This document shows, in pieces, positions 12,001-22,165 of a stretch of 64,000 bases of DNA. The stretch comes from Raja brachyura. Its lineage: Eukaryota. Where the stretch lies: contig OY740812.1 of the NCBI GenBank assembly GCA_963514005.1, forward strand, positions 5,580,001 through 5,644,000. Reading direction: 5' to 3'. The position numbers were made by a program, and so were the translations under genes. Positions within the stretch are counted from its first letter, which is position 1; each line of letters begins with the position of its first letter. The notes beneath the pieces are model-generated. The model ran no database searches, had not been told where the DNA came from, and saw only the letters and a list, made by a program, of their open reading frames with translations.

Positions 12001-13818
12001 CTGCTAAAATTGGTGAGCCATAAATACAGAGACAGCTCGGGCAATTACTCCTCTACAGGCCAGTCCAAGTCTTATTCCCTCGTGCAACCATATCTCAAAA
12101 TGACCCACATGAACAAAATGTTTATGGATCCAATGGCGAGAGGTTAAACTTAAACAAAAATGTTAAATGCTTAAATTTATAATTGAATGTTTTCAAGAAA
12201 CTTTCAAGAATAATAATTCAGGAATGCAGAACTGATTTCAGAACTTCAAGCAAGTGCCTGCAAGCTCAGTTTAAAATATAAAGAATGAATACATGGACAC
12301 ATGAATCACTTTAGTCCTCACTCTTTCCCACGTCCAAAGTAAAATTCAAAACATTTTTAAAAAGCTTTTTACATTTTTCACATTTTAATTCTTAACATTT
12401 ACCTCTAACCCTCCAACATCTGGTATGTTTTAGATCTCCGAGAACACAACTTGTACACTTTGGTAGGTTGTTAGTGTTTTATCTGAAACAAGATAGGGAC
12501 TGTTTTTCAATGGGTTACATAGAATGAGGCAGGCAGATCATGAGAAATGTTACAACTTCATTCCTGAATGTTTGGAACTACATCGTTAACCAAAATCGTT
12601 AACCACATCTGACACTCTGAACCACCGAAGAACTGACACACATCAAAAACACATAGGGTTAAGATGCATCATGAACTGACTGTATTGCACAATAAGGTAA
12701 TAGGGCTTTAACACAAAAAATCCACCCATTCTTGTAAACAAGCAAAGAGAAAACCCTATCAGTTCTCCCATGGTCCAGTAAGTTTATCCAACCAGGTATA
12801 TGATTCCTCATCTGCACTCAGTCTTCCAACATCAGCCAGGTTAAAGGGGGTTTATATAATTAACTAAACAATCATTGAATGGAATTTCAACTTGGGTTCC
12901 TGATCTAAATTTCTATCCATCAATTCTACCTAAATAGGACAAATGAAGAAGGAATTGTGACAGAATGCACCATATTGCACTGCACCCACCCCCAACCCTA
13001 ATTATGCTCAAAACACCAATGTCATCATCTGGTCACACCTTACTTCAACAATGGACTGTTGTGCATGGTACTGAAGGCATCCATTAACCTGAGGAACCGT
13101 ACTCCATGCATTCGGGCGGAGAGACCATTGACTCAAATATTTCACAAGAAACAAAAATATTCAGCTTATGTCAAGAAGAAAACAAATTACCTTGATGCTA
13201 CAGGATGCAGGACTGTAGCACAGGACAAGCTGTGCAAGACAGCAGAAATAGTGAGCTGCAGAGCCTAAAATACCAGCTGGTAGCCTCTTTTCCAGGGAAG
13301 GAATGACAGATATGCAGTCGGTTTGGACCAACTCTTGTGCAAAGCTTTCACAGGCCAACGTGCCACAAATTCCATGTTACAATTCCCTTCCTTTTCCATG
13401 TAGAAAGAATAGTGGGCAAAAGGGTTAGTGCACAGTTTAATGTGGTTGTGTCTCACAGTACGTGTGTGTTGGCAGGTTGCATTATATTTTTCACGAGCGG
13501 GTATGTAAAGAATTTTCCCCACTGCAACACATGGAATCTAATTTTTTTTTTCCCCCTCAAAAATCCAAAAAAATAAATTATCCGTGTTCTTGGGAAAATC
13601 TGAATTGAATCATACAGTGACGAGACTACTACACATCTGCACCCACAGGCATGGGCGTCACGGGTGCTGCCTGGTGACCATGCGATCAGTCATAGCCACA
13701 GTGATTGGACAGCCCTTACTATACAGTCTCACAATGCATCAGGATCGCCACTGACGACGTGTTCAATCGCCTGCATTGCAATGCTATTTAAATAGATTTG
13801 GGCAGGACAAAGTTGGTG
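6030..13818 (-). other. FBXL20: Putative long 3'UTR of FBXL20 (~7.8 kb)
   Basis: The region follows the stop codon, carries fewer young repeats than the introns, and ends in an AU-rich block with a poly(A)-site-like layout. The extent is inferred. Confidence 0.5.
9605..9760 (-). mobile_element. V-SINE 3' half
   Basis: TTTAGTTTAGTTTAGAGA...CCTACAAACCTGTACGTCTTTGGAGTG is the reverse complement of the SINE tail. Confidence 0.8.
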
Positions 13819-13926
13819 TCATAGAACAATGCAGCACTTGCAGAAACGCTGGCGACCACCACTCACTGATGCAGGAGGTGTCACTGGAGCAAAGTAGGCA
13901 TGGACTTTGATGTTGGGTAAGTGAGT
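13819..13926 (-). CDS. FBXL20: FBXL20 terminal coding exon 15 (108 bp including TGA), C-terminal CaaX
   Basis: gcag|ACT CAC...GTT CTA TGA translates THLPNIKVHAYFAPVTPPASVSGGRQRFCKCCIVL*. Confidence 0.96.
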   Translation of the reverse strand, partial: THLPNIKVHAYFAPVTPPASVSGGRQRFCKCCIVL

Positions 13927-13999
13927 CTGCAATTAAAGAGAAAAAGGGACAGATCAAACTTGTGCCAATAAATCAACCAACATCAGCAACAACTTGTCC

Positions 14000-14348
14000 C
14001 ATCCCGTTCATTCCTCCTTCCGCCACCCGTCCAGCACAAGGTACAGAAGCTTGAAAGCATGCACCACCAGATGCAGAAACCGCTGCTTCTCCCTTGTCAT
14101 CAGGTTGATCTTCTATAACTAGGGTACTGTCCGATTCACCTCTACCTCATTGTGGACATTGGACTTAGTCTATGAACTGATGTACTATAATGTTGTGAAC
14201 TATGGTCTGCACACTGCATCTTCCCCTTTCCTCTATCTATTGTACTTGAGTTTGCCTTGATTATAATTATGTAAAGTATAGTTGATCGGATGGTACGCAA
14301 AGCAAAGCTTTTCACTGCACTTCACGTGCCAATAATAAACCTAAACCT
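14000..14348 (+). mobile_element. Rex1/Babar-like LINE 3' fragment
   Basis: Degenerate RYRSLKACTTRCRNR..FSL.I C-terminal motif and a TTTCACTG...AATAATAAACCTAAACC tail. Confidence 0.6.
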
Positions 14349-14540
14349 CAAATCACACAAGTACAAAAAATTGCCACAGCCTTTCCCAAAGATATCGTTT
14401 AAATCTCAATGTTACCAGTTAGTTTGTATATTATATGCACATTCACACACTCGCAAGACATTTCAGATTGAACAGAGAAAAATGTCTCTGCCACAAAAGG
14501 CATTGTTGATTAGTGTATACAAGGTGATAATAGATTTCTG

Positions 14541-14672
14541 GGGGGTGGAAGATTGCAACCTTCACGTGGTCCGCCGTGTTTCGACTAACGCAATCAACTC
14601 GACGTGCACAAACAAGATCAAATAGAAGATGTTGACATATAAATTTAGGCTGTGCACACCACACGAAAGAAG
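14541..14672 (+). repeat. Unclassified ~130-bp interspersed element, copy 1
   Basis: Clear similarity to 37679-37813 (ACCTTCACGTGGTCCGCC.TGTTTCGAC; AAGATCAAATAGAA; AAGAAG tail). Confidence 0.75.
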
Positions 14673-15080
14673 ATAGATTTCTGGACACAAAAAGCATGGG
14701 GGGCTGGGACGACGACATAAGAGGACAGAAATGTGATGGAGGACCCGCCACAATCATACTGAATGGCAACACAAGCTTGAAGGGCTGAATGGCCCACTCC
14801 CACACTTATTTTCCCCTTTTCACATTTCTACACAAAGTTCCTTTGAACCCAAACTCTGACCAGTCCTAATTCACTTTAAACGCATTATCAACTTTGTTAA
14901 CTAGATGCCCCAGGGCATTTTGCAATGTTAAAGTTCAAGTAGTTCTTTTAAATATATATAGTGTAAGCTCTCTTACCTAACTTGCTGCAGATGAGTGCCA
15001 CGATCCGATTGACATAGAACAGTAAAGTACAGAAACAGGCTCCTTGACCAACAATGTCTGTACCAATGTTAGTCATTTCA

Positions 15081-15287
15081 AGGCCTGTCCCACTTACGTG
15101 TTCAGTTCGGCGACTTGTTGGCACCCGTCATAGTCGTGGGGTGACGCCTGTATGGTCGTCAGTAGTCGCCCAAAGAGCCGTACCCTTTTCTGGTCGCCGC
15201 TGGATTTTGAACATTTTCTGCGACCTGCCGCGACTATGACGGGTGCCGGCAAGTCGCCGAAAAAGATCGCATAAGTGGGACAGGCCC
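15081..15287. mobile_element. MITE, PIF/Harbinger-like
   Basis: Perfect 15-bp TIR GGCCTGTCCCACTTA (15082-15096 / 15272-15286). Inner inverted arms match 28/30 (15107-15136 / 15231-15260). Flanks are TCA and TTA. Confidence 0.8.
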
Positions 15288-15606
15288 TTAAGTGATATGA
15301 AATATTTACTTCAATTATTTCTGATCAGTTAATTTGTGAAGTAATAAGATACTGGTTTGCCCTCGTCTCCCACCATTTTGACTTCCTTCATTTATATTGC
15401 TCAACTCAGACAGCTATTTGCAGTGTTCAGATAAAACTCCTTTAACACAACCATCTGCAACTACAACCTTCCCCCTTTTCGTATCGCCAACACATCAATT
15501 AACAGCTGTCGGACGGATTGGGAAGTTATAACTGGATGGACAGCACCCATACACTAACATAGACATATGTAGAAGTCCAATCACTTGGACAGAACAACAT
15601 GCTTAC

Positions 15607-15819
15607 TCGGAGTCTCTTGATCCCAGCACGTGTTATCTGTTGACAATCGTACAGCTCTATCCTCTCCAGACTGTGACAGTTCTTTAGATGCTCCAGCGAG
15701 GCGTCTGTGATCAGCGGGCAGTTATCCAATTCTATAACTTCCAATCTGTCATGAGCACAGGCCCCGTTCCCAAGATGGCGGATACCGTCGTCAGTGATCA
15801 ATTCACAGTGAGACAAACT
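15607..15819 (-). CDS. FBXL20: FBXL20 exon 14, 213 bp (LRR)
   Basis: ctgcag|AGT TTG...CTC CGA|gtaagc translates SLSHCELITDDGIRHLGNGACAHDRLEVIELDNCPLITDASLEHLKNCHSLERIELYDCQQITRAGIKRLR, seen inside ORF 15526..15849. Confidence 0.97.
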
Positions 15820-15924
15820 CTGCAGAGGGGAAAATTGCACTGTGAACAACTTTCAATGCTTTCAACATAAGTTCCAGAAAGCAAATGGAATGAGAAAACA
15901 GATTAGAGCAGGAATTGAATTGGG

Positions 15925-16245
15925 GCAGCACAGAGCGCAGTGGTAGAGTTGCTGCCTTACAGTGCCGGAGACATGTGTTCGATCCTGACCTCAGGTGCTG
16001 TCTGCACGGAGTTTGTACGTTCTCCCTGCGACTGTGTGGGCTTTCTATGGATGCTCCGGTTTCCTCCCGCACTCCAAAGACGCCCAGGTTTGTTGGTTAA
16101 TTGGCTTCGGTAAGTTGTAGAAATTGTCCCCAGTGTGTGAGGGTTAGTGTACGGGTGATCACAGATTAGTGTATGGGTGATTACTGGTTGGGGCAGACTT
16201 AGTGGGCCGGAAGGCCCGTTTCCGTGCTGCAACTACAACTCTAAA
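15925..16245 (+). mobile_element. V-SINE (HE1-like)
   Basis: GCGCAGTGGTAGAG head, GTTCGATCC B-box, V-domain, and GGGCCGGAAGGCCCGTTTCC tail. Confidence 0.85.
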
Positions 16246-17749
16246 GTGAAAGCACGATCATTCTAAAAGGAGTTGAAAAGTGAATTGAGGAATAGAGGAG
16301 ACGCAGAAGAAATTAGGGAAATAATTCAGAGAGTGGGATTAAGGTAGCAAGAGAAGGGGGTGATGCACATCTGTCAGTGGTCTGTGTATTTCAGTGGAAT
16401 ATTGTCCAGTTTGATGCCTGGAACGGATGTTAATGGGATACGGCCAGGAAGGATTTAACATTTAAGATTTCAATTGACTTCTAAATCTTGTCCCCCAAAG
16501 CACAAGCTCCTTTAATGCAGAAATAATAGTTTTCTTCTACAACCTGAGATTTGTTTTTCTACCAAATGAAGGTTCCCTGCAAAGGATGTTTAGTCACACT
16601 CCAAACATTTCAGAACGTTCTGCCTTCCGGCAGTTGTTGTCCATGGGGAAGCAGAAAAGAGCAGACATCAGATTCTAAATCAGTAGCTGAGAAAAACCGT
16701 GAGCCATAGAAAAGCAAGTGGTTAGGAAAACTAAGATCAGAAAAACTGCAGAAAATAGTGCATTTGACAAACATAACCACAAGAGCAAAACTGTGAAGCG
16801 GAACAAAATTAGAGGGACAGCAATTTTTTTTTTTCTTAAAATAGACAAATTTACAGTAATTGGGGGGTCTTCTAATATATTTCTTGAAAAGGTTTATTTT
16901 TTGAAGAATATATTACAAAACCCAATTACAGTAAATTTGTCTCCATTTACAGAGTTTAAGCATAGATTTTCAGGGAACAATTGGAGATTCAATTTCTGCT
17001 GATTGGTAGATATATGGACTAAATTGGACACAAAAGGCAGACGTGTTAATATCTCAGGTTGAGAGTACTTCAATGTATTTGGCAAAACAGCTTAAAGTAC
17101 CAGTGGATTTACAAAGGTAGACAAAAATGCTGGAGAAACTCAGCGGGCAAGGCAGCATCTATGGATCGAAGGAATATTCTTTCTTAAACAGTGGATTCAC
17201 AAAGGTTAGACCAGCAAGCCCATAGCCCAGTTGGTAGTGTGGTCTTTGCTTGACAAGTCGCTGGAAGCTTATGTTCGCTCTCAAACAGTTTCACACAATG
17301 GAGGAGCCATCAAATATATTTCAGGGGAAAGAATGCAGGCAGAGGCAAGAAGGAAAGGCAAAGGAGACAAACAGAACTAATAAATGGCAAACATTTTGTC
17401 AACTTGCAAATGGAGAACCCCCCCACTAATTATTAATCTTTTAAACAAAGTAATTGTTTGAGGATCCAACTCATTACATGTTATTTGGTCAGAATGCAAG
17501 TGACAATAGATGCCAGATATTTGCCGATCAACACTTTGATGATTAAAGCAGTTGGCAAGCAAAAAGTAGGTGCCAACTATCTTTTACAATAGCAAGCCGG
17601 GAACAAGGGTCCTTGGCTCAAAATTAGAGATCGGTTCATTAGGAATTATGTCAGAACCATTTTCGTTCAGAGTAGTAGAAATCTGAAACTCAAGAAACAC
17701 TGGGCCTGGACACAACTGCAAAGTTCCAAAACTGAGAGAGAGCTGCACA

Positions 17750-18020
17750 GAGGCACAGCAGTGTAGTTGCTGCCTTACAAGTGACCCGGTTTCGATCCTG
17801 ATGCTGTCTGTACAGAGTTGGTACATTCTCCGTGACCCCGTGGGTTTTCTCCGGGTGCTCCGGTTTCCTCCCACATCTCAATGACATACAGGCTTGGCCG
17901 GTTAATTGACTTCTGTAAATTGTCCCCAGTGTGTAGGATGGTGCTAGTGTAAGGGTGATCGCTTGTCGGCGCGGACTCAGTGGGCCGAAGAGCCTGTTTC
18001 CACGCTATATCTCTAAAGTC
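17750..18020 (+). mobile_element. V-SINE (HE1-like)
   Basis: V-domain CCGTGACCCCGTGGGTTTTCTCCGGGTGCTCCGGTTTCCTCCCACA and tail GGGCCGAAGAGCCTGTTTCC. Confidence 0.85.
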
Positions 18021-18329
18021 TAAAGCTGTCCATTCAACAAGGACGTTATCAGTGATTGAAGTTTTGCAGTTAGAGGGAGTCAGAAACAAACTGAATAATG
18101 ACCAGACACGACACGGTGAATGGGGACACAAGGTTGGAATCTGGAGCAACAATCAATCTGCTGGAGGAACCCAGCGGGGGTGGGGTGGGAGCATGACTAG
18201 TGAGTGGAAGGAATCCTGATGCAGGGTTTCGCCAATCATTCCTTTCCCCCAGAGGCTGTGTTACCCACTGAGTTCCTCCAGCACAATGTTTGTTGACACG
18301 GTCACTACTTGCTCCCTGTTTCTACTCAC

Positions 18330-18386
18330 CAGCACTTGAAGCCGTGGACAGTAAATAGAAAGTTGAATTAAAGTATTGTCTGTAAT
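18330..18386 (-). CDS. FBXL20: FBXL20 exon 13, 57 bp
   Basis: ctgcag|ATT ACA...GTG CTG|gtgagt translates ITDNTLIQLSIYCPRLQVL. Confidence 0.96.
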
Positions 18387-19234
18387 CTGCAGGAGAAAAA
18401 TAAGAAAATAACTGAATATGGGTTACTCAGATATATTGCATCAGCAGTTCAAATAAATCGTTACCACGTTATGAGATAGGAAGGTAAAACTGTAATAATT
18501 TGGCTACCATAACTTGGTGCATTAATATACTTACATGCCATTATGACATGATAGAAAAGTATTCAGACTATGCCTAAACAGAGTATACAAGCATAAGGTG
18601 CATAGGCAGCAGCCTCCCATTGCCATCATATACTTCAAGGATGTCCAGGTTTTAACTACCAAATTTCTACTTAGAGGGGCCACATTAAACAACAGTTTAG
18701 AGTGGATGTCTTTCGCCGATGAAAACTCACCCCGCCTCAAAGTCTTATGGAAAGAATAATCTGAGTCATAGATCAGAGACAGGAACTCATGAAGTACAAA
18801 CTTATTCAAGAGTCACCATCTTCAGGAAAGGGAAAGAGTATAGGAAAAATAAACTAATTGTTACAGGGCACACATGACAAGCTGCAAATTCATTAACAGC
18901 TTTAGTGTACAAATGTGTTAAAGAAACGAAAAGATATGAAGTGTTTAAACAGAATTTCACATAGTTCTATAGATTTCACTGGTGTTTGTTTTTCCACTGA
19001 GCTAATGGTGAGCCATTTTGTCACTTTCCAAAATTAAAACCCAACCACATCATTCAACCAAAATGTGATTTTTGTGATGAATACAAGATAAATAGCAAAA
19101 GCCACATAGAACTAAAGAGCCTGCCTTTTCTTGGAAATGAACAGACTTATTTTAATATAAAAAGTATCATAAGCTGCAAAATTATATCAAATTTTTTCTA
19201 GGAAAAGCAATAGATACCAAGGTAATGACAGATA

Positions 19235-19550
19235 GAGTCATAGTCAGTCATACGACATGGAAACAGGCCCTTTGGCCCAATTTGCCCACACCGACCTAGA
19301 GACCCCATCTACACTCATTCCACTTGGCCTATATAACCCTCTAAACCGATCCTATCTATGTGCCTGTTCAAATGGCTCTTGAGCGTACTACCTGCCTCAA
19401 CTACCACCTCTGGCAGTTCAAACTATATATCCACCATCCTCTGTAAAAAAAATTTGCCCTTCCGGTTCCTATTAAATCTTGCTCCCTCACCTTAAAATTA
19501 TGTCCTCTAGTTTTTGATTCCAACTCTGGGAAATGGTAGTGTGCATTCAA
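19235..19550 (-). mobile_element. CR1-like LINE 3' fragment
   Basis: Reverse complement of the type seen at 4426-4716 and 62425-62700. Confidence 0.75.
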
Positions 19551-19932
19551 CCTGTTCAAATCAATTGAAATGAACAAGACTGCACCATATATCAGCTTTA
19601 AGAGGTCAAAGAGTAATATGGGACCCTCAACTCAAGGAACTGAGCAATCAAAATATATATTTTGAAAGGAACTGCACATACTAGTTAATCTGGACATCCC
19701 CATCCTTTTTCTCCCAAGATGCTGCCTGACCCGCTGAGCTACTCCAGCACTTCGCGCCTATCTTCAAGTTAAGCGATCACATGGATGAAGTGCTATTTAG
19801 GGAGTCAGTACTTCTGCACTGATACGTGTGATTACTCAATGCAACCACCAGCTAAAAGTCAGCACGCTTCAGCCCATTATCTGTTTCTTTGGGATAAGCT
19901 TCATGGTCCCATAGTATCTGATAACAGTATTT

Positions 19933-20290
19933 AAGAAGGAACTGCAGATGCTGGAAACTCGAAGGTAGACAAAACTGCTGGAGAAACTCAGCGGGTGCAG
20001 CAGTATCTATGGAGCGAAGGAAATAGGAAACGTTTCGGGCCGAAACCTTTCTTCAGACTGATGTAGGGTGGGGGGAAGAAAGGAGAAAGGAAGAGGAGAA
20101 ACCAGAGGGCTGAGGGAGAGCTGAGAAGGGGAGGAGTCAGCAAGGGCTACCGGAAATTGGAGAAGTCAATGTTTATGCCGCTAGGGTGCAGACTGCCCAA
20201 GCGGAATATGAGGTGCTGCTCCTCCAATTTCCGGTGGTGCTCACTTTGGCCATGGAGGAGGCCCAGGACAGAAAGGTCGGATTCGGAATT
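19933..20290 (-). mobile_element. Penelope-like element 3' end: GIY-YIG C-terminus plus hammerhead-bearing tail
   Basis: Reverse complement translates SDLSVLGLLHGQSEHHRKLEEQHLIFRLGSLHPSGINIDFSNFR* (stop at 20147-20149). A pyrimidine tract follows, then CTGAAGAAAGGTTTCGGCCCGAAACGTT (20056 down to 20029). Confidence 0.85.
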
Positions 20291-20294
20291 CCGA

Positions 20295-20520
20295 ATTTAG
20301 TCAGAGGGTGATGAATGTGTGGAATTCATTACCACAGTTAGCTGTGGAGGTCAAGTCGTGGGGTATTTTTAAAGTGGAGATTGACAAATTCTTGATTAGT
20401 AAGGGTGTGGAGAAAGCAGGACAATGGGTTTGAGAGGGAAAGATAGAATAGCCATGATTGAATGGTGGAGTAGACTCGATGGGCGGAGTGGCCTAATTCT
20501 GCTCCTGACTTATGAACTTG
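20295..20520 (+). mobile_element. CR1-like LINE 3' fragment
   Basis: TTTAGTCAGAGGGTGATGAATGTGTGGAATTC (FSQRVMNVWNS) followed by the tail. Confidence 0.8.
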
Positions 20521-20815
20521 GTAGTTACACTTCTGGTTGGGATTTCATATTCTCAGCTTTCTTTCATGGAAGCAAACTTAGGTTCATATTTAACATCATC
20601 TTCGCCTTAAAACCTGGTGTTAAAGGGTGGTCAATACCAAAATCTAACACAACATGATTAATCACTGGAGGGTTTTCAACATGAAACATTAACTGTGTTT
20701 CTCTTTCAACACCACAGATGCTGCCAGATCTGCTGGATAATTTCTGCTTTAAAAATATATTCACCATTCGTTATAAAGAACAAAAAAGTAAAAACATTAC
20801 TAAGATGACATTCAC

Positions 20816-20860
20816 CTGAACACACTCTTCCAGGTCCATCTTCTCAAGCTCATGGCAATT
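20816..20860 (-). CDS. FBXL20: FBXL20 exon 12, 45 bp
   Basis: ttgcag|AAT TGC...GTT CAG|gtgaat translates NCHELEKMDLEECVQ. Confidence 0.96.
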
Positions 20861-21344
20861 CTGCAAAGAACAGGATATATATATTTTAATTTTCTAATTA
20901 CCTCTTTCTCATACAGCTCAGCATTGTTTTGGCTACACCAGTTAGATCTTTTTGCGGAATTGGCATCTGGACATTGAATTATTTTATCAATGCTGAATTT
21001 CAGCAAAAAGCCCTGACCGGCACTAAAGCTTCAGGTAAGATGCAGAACCAGTAGTCTTAACATTCTTCACAGTAGTCTTCACATTCTTTTCCACTCCTCC
21101 CTGGAAATTCTTTGGCACAAATTGCCAACCGCAATACTTTACTCCAAGGTTGATTGATTTCAACAATGCTCTTGTTATAAACGTTTCAAAACAAAAAAGT
21201 CTTTGTGACCTCAGTTGACTTGATGTAGTCTGCTAGTCTGATGTAGTCTGATGTGCACTTGTCATGAGCAAGACAATTACCCTCCAGCCTTGCAAAATAT
21301 CAATTCAGTGCACAAGGTTGCTGCCAGGTTATTGGTGCACTTAC

Positions 21345-21405
21345 TCGGGCTAACGTGGTGAATCCCACATCTGTTAACTGCGAACATCTAGCAATCTCTA
21401 ATATT
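21345..21405 (-). CDS. FBXL20: FBXL20 exon 11, 61 bp
   Basis: ttcag|A ATA TTA...GCC CGA|gtaagt translates ILEIARCSQLTDVGFTTLAR. Confidence 0.96.
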
Positions 21406-21508
21406 CTGAAAAATAAAATCAGAAAGCATTAAAGTAGTAAATATTTGTCCAGCAATCTCACCGTTTTATCCTTTGATATCTGTTGGACATTTTGGATGGT
21501 CATATATA

Positions 21509-21510
<2 letters not shown>

Positions 21511-21550
<40 letters not shown>
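21511..21550. repeat. (CA)20 microsatellite
   Basis: Read directly from the sequence. Confidence 0.98.
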
Positions 21551-21553
<3 letters not shown>

Positions 21554-22034
21554 ACCACAAGAGAAGCATGTACCATTTATAAAAAAATGTCCACTGCGAT
21601 AATGGGGACTGGCATGTTTGTCAAATTGGCAGGTAATTGGCAACAATAATAAATGAAAACAATAAATGATAAATGGCGTTTTCATTACTTTGTCCTTAAT
21701 TTAAGCCTCGTTGCTTCAAGAAATAAGTTAAATTAATAACAGTAATGCATTTTTTATCCTGTCGGATAAAGCTGTACTCGTCAGAGTTAGTATAATATTC
21801 TTTCTGGAATCTTCTGTTTAAAACAAGAATCTATCGTATTGTGTGACCGTGAGATCAGTCTTTCCAAACTCTCTTTTCATAATGCAAGTCATGTTCAATG
21901 TACACAGCTGTCAAACTCCCTATGTCCCAGTGAAAATGGTTGCCAGAGAATGGAGGCAAGAATGCAAGGAAGTATAACATATTAGTCACACCTCAGCCAT
22001 GTACACACAGAAGTGGCCACTGCTTCATGCCTAC

Positions 22035-22165
22035 CTAAGTCGAATGCAATTCTGTCCCAATGCATTCAAAATAGCATCAGTGATGTTACTACAGCCAGAG
22101 ACACAGAGTGACTGCAGTTTATGGCATCCTCTGCAGATCGTTATCAGCCCCTCGTCTGTGATCTG
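22035..22165 (-). CDS. FBXL20: FBXL20 exon 10, 131 bp (LRR)
   Basis: ttttgcag|CAG ATC...CTT AG|gtaggc translates QITDEGLITICRGCHKLQSLCVSGCSNITDAILNALGQNCIRL(R), seen inside ORF 22031..22231. Confidence 0.96.
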
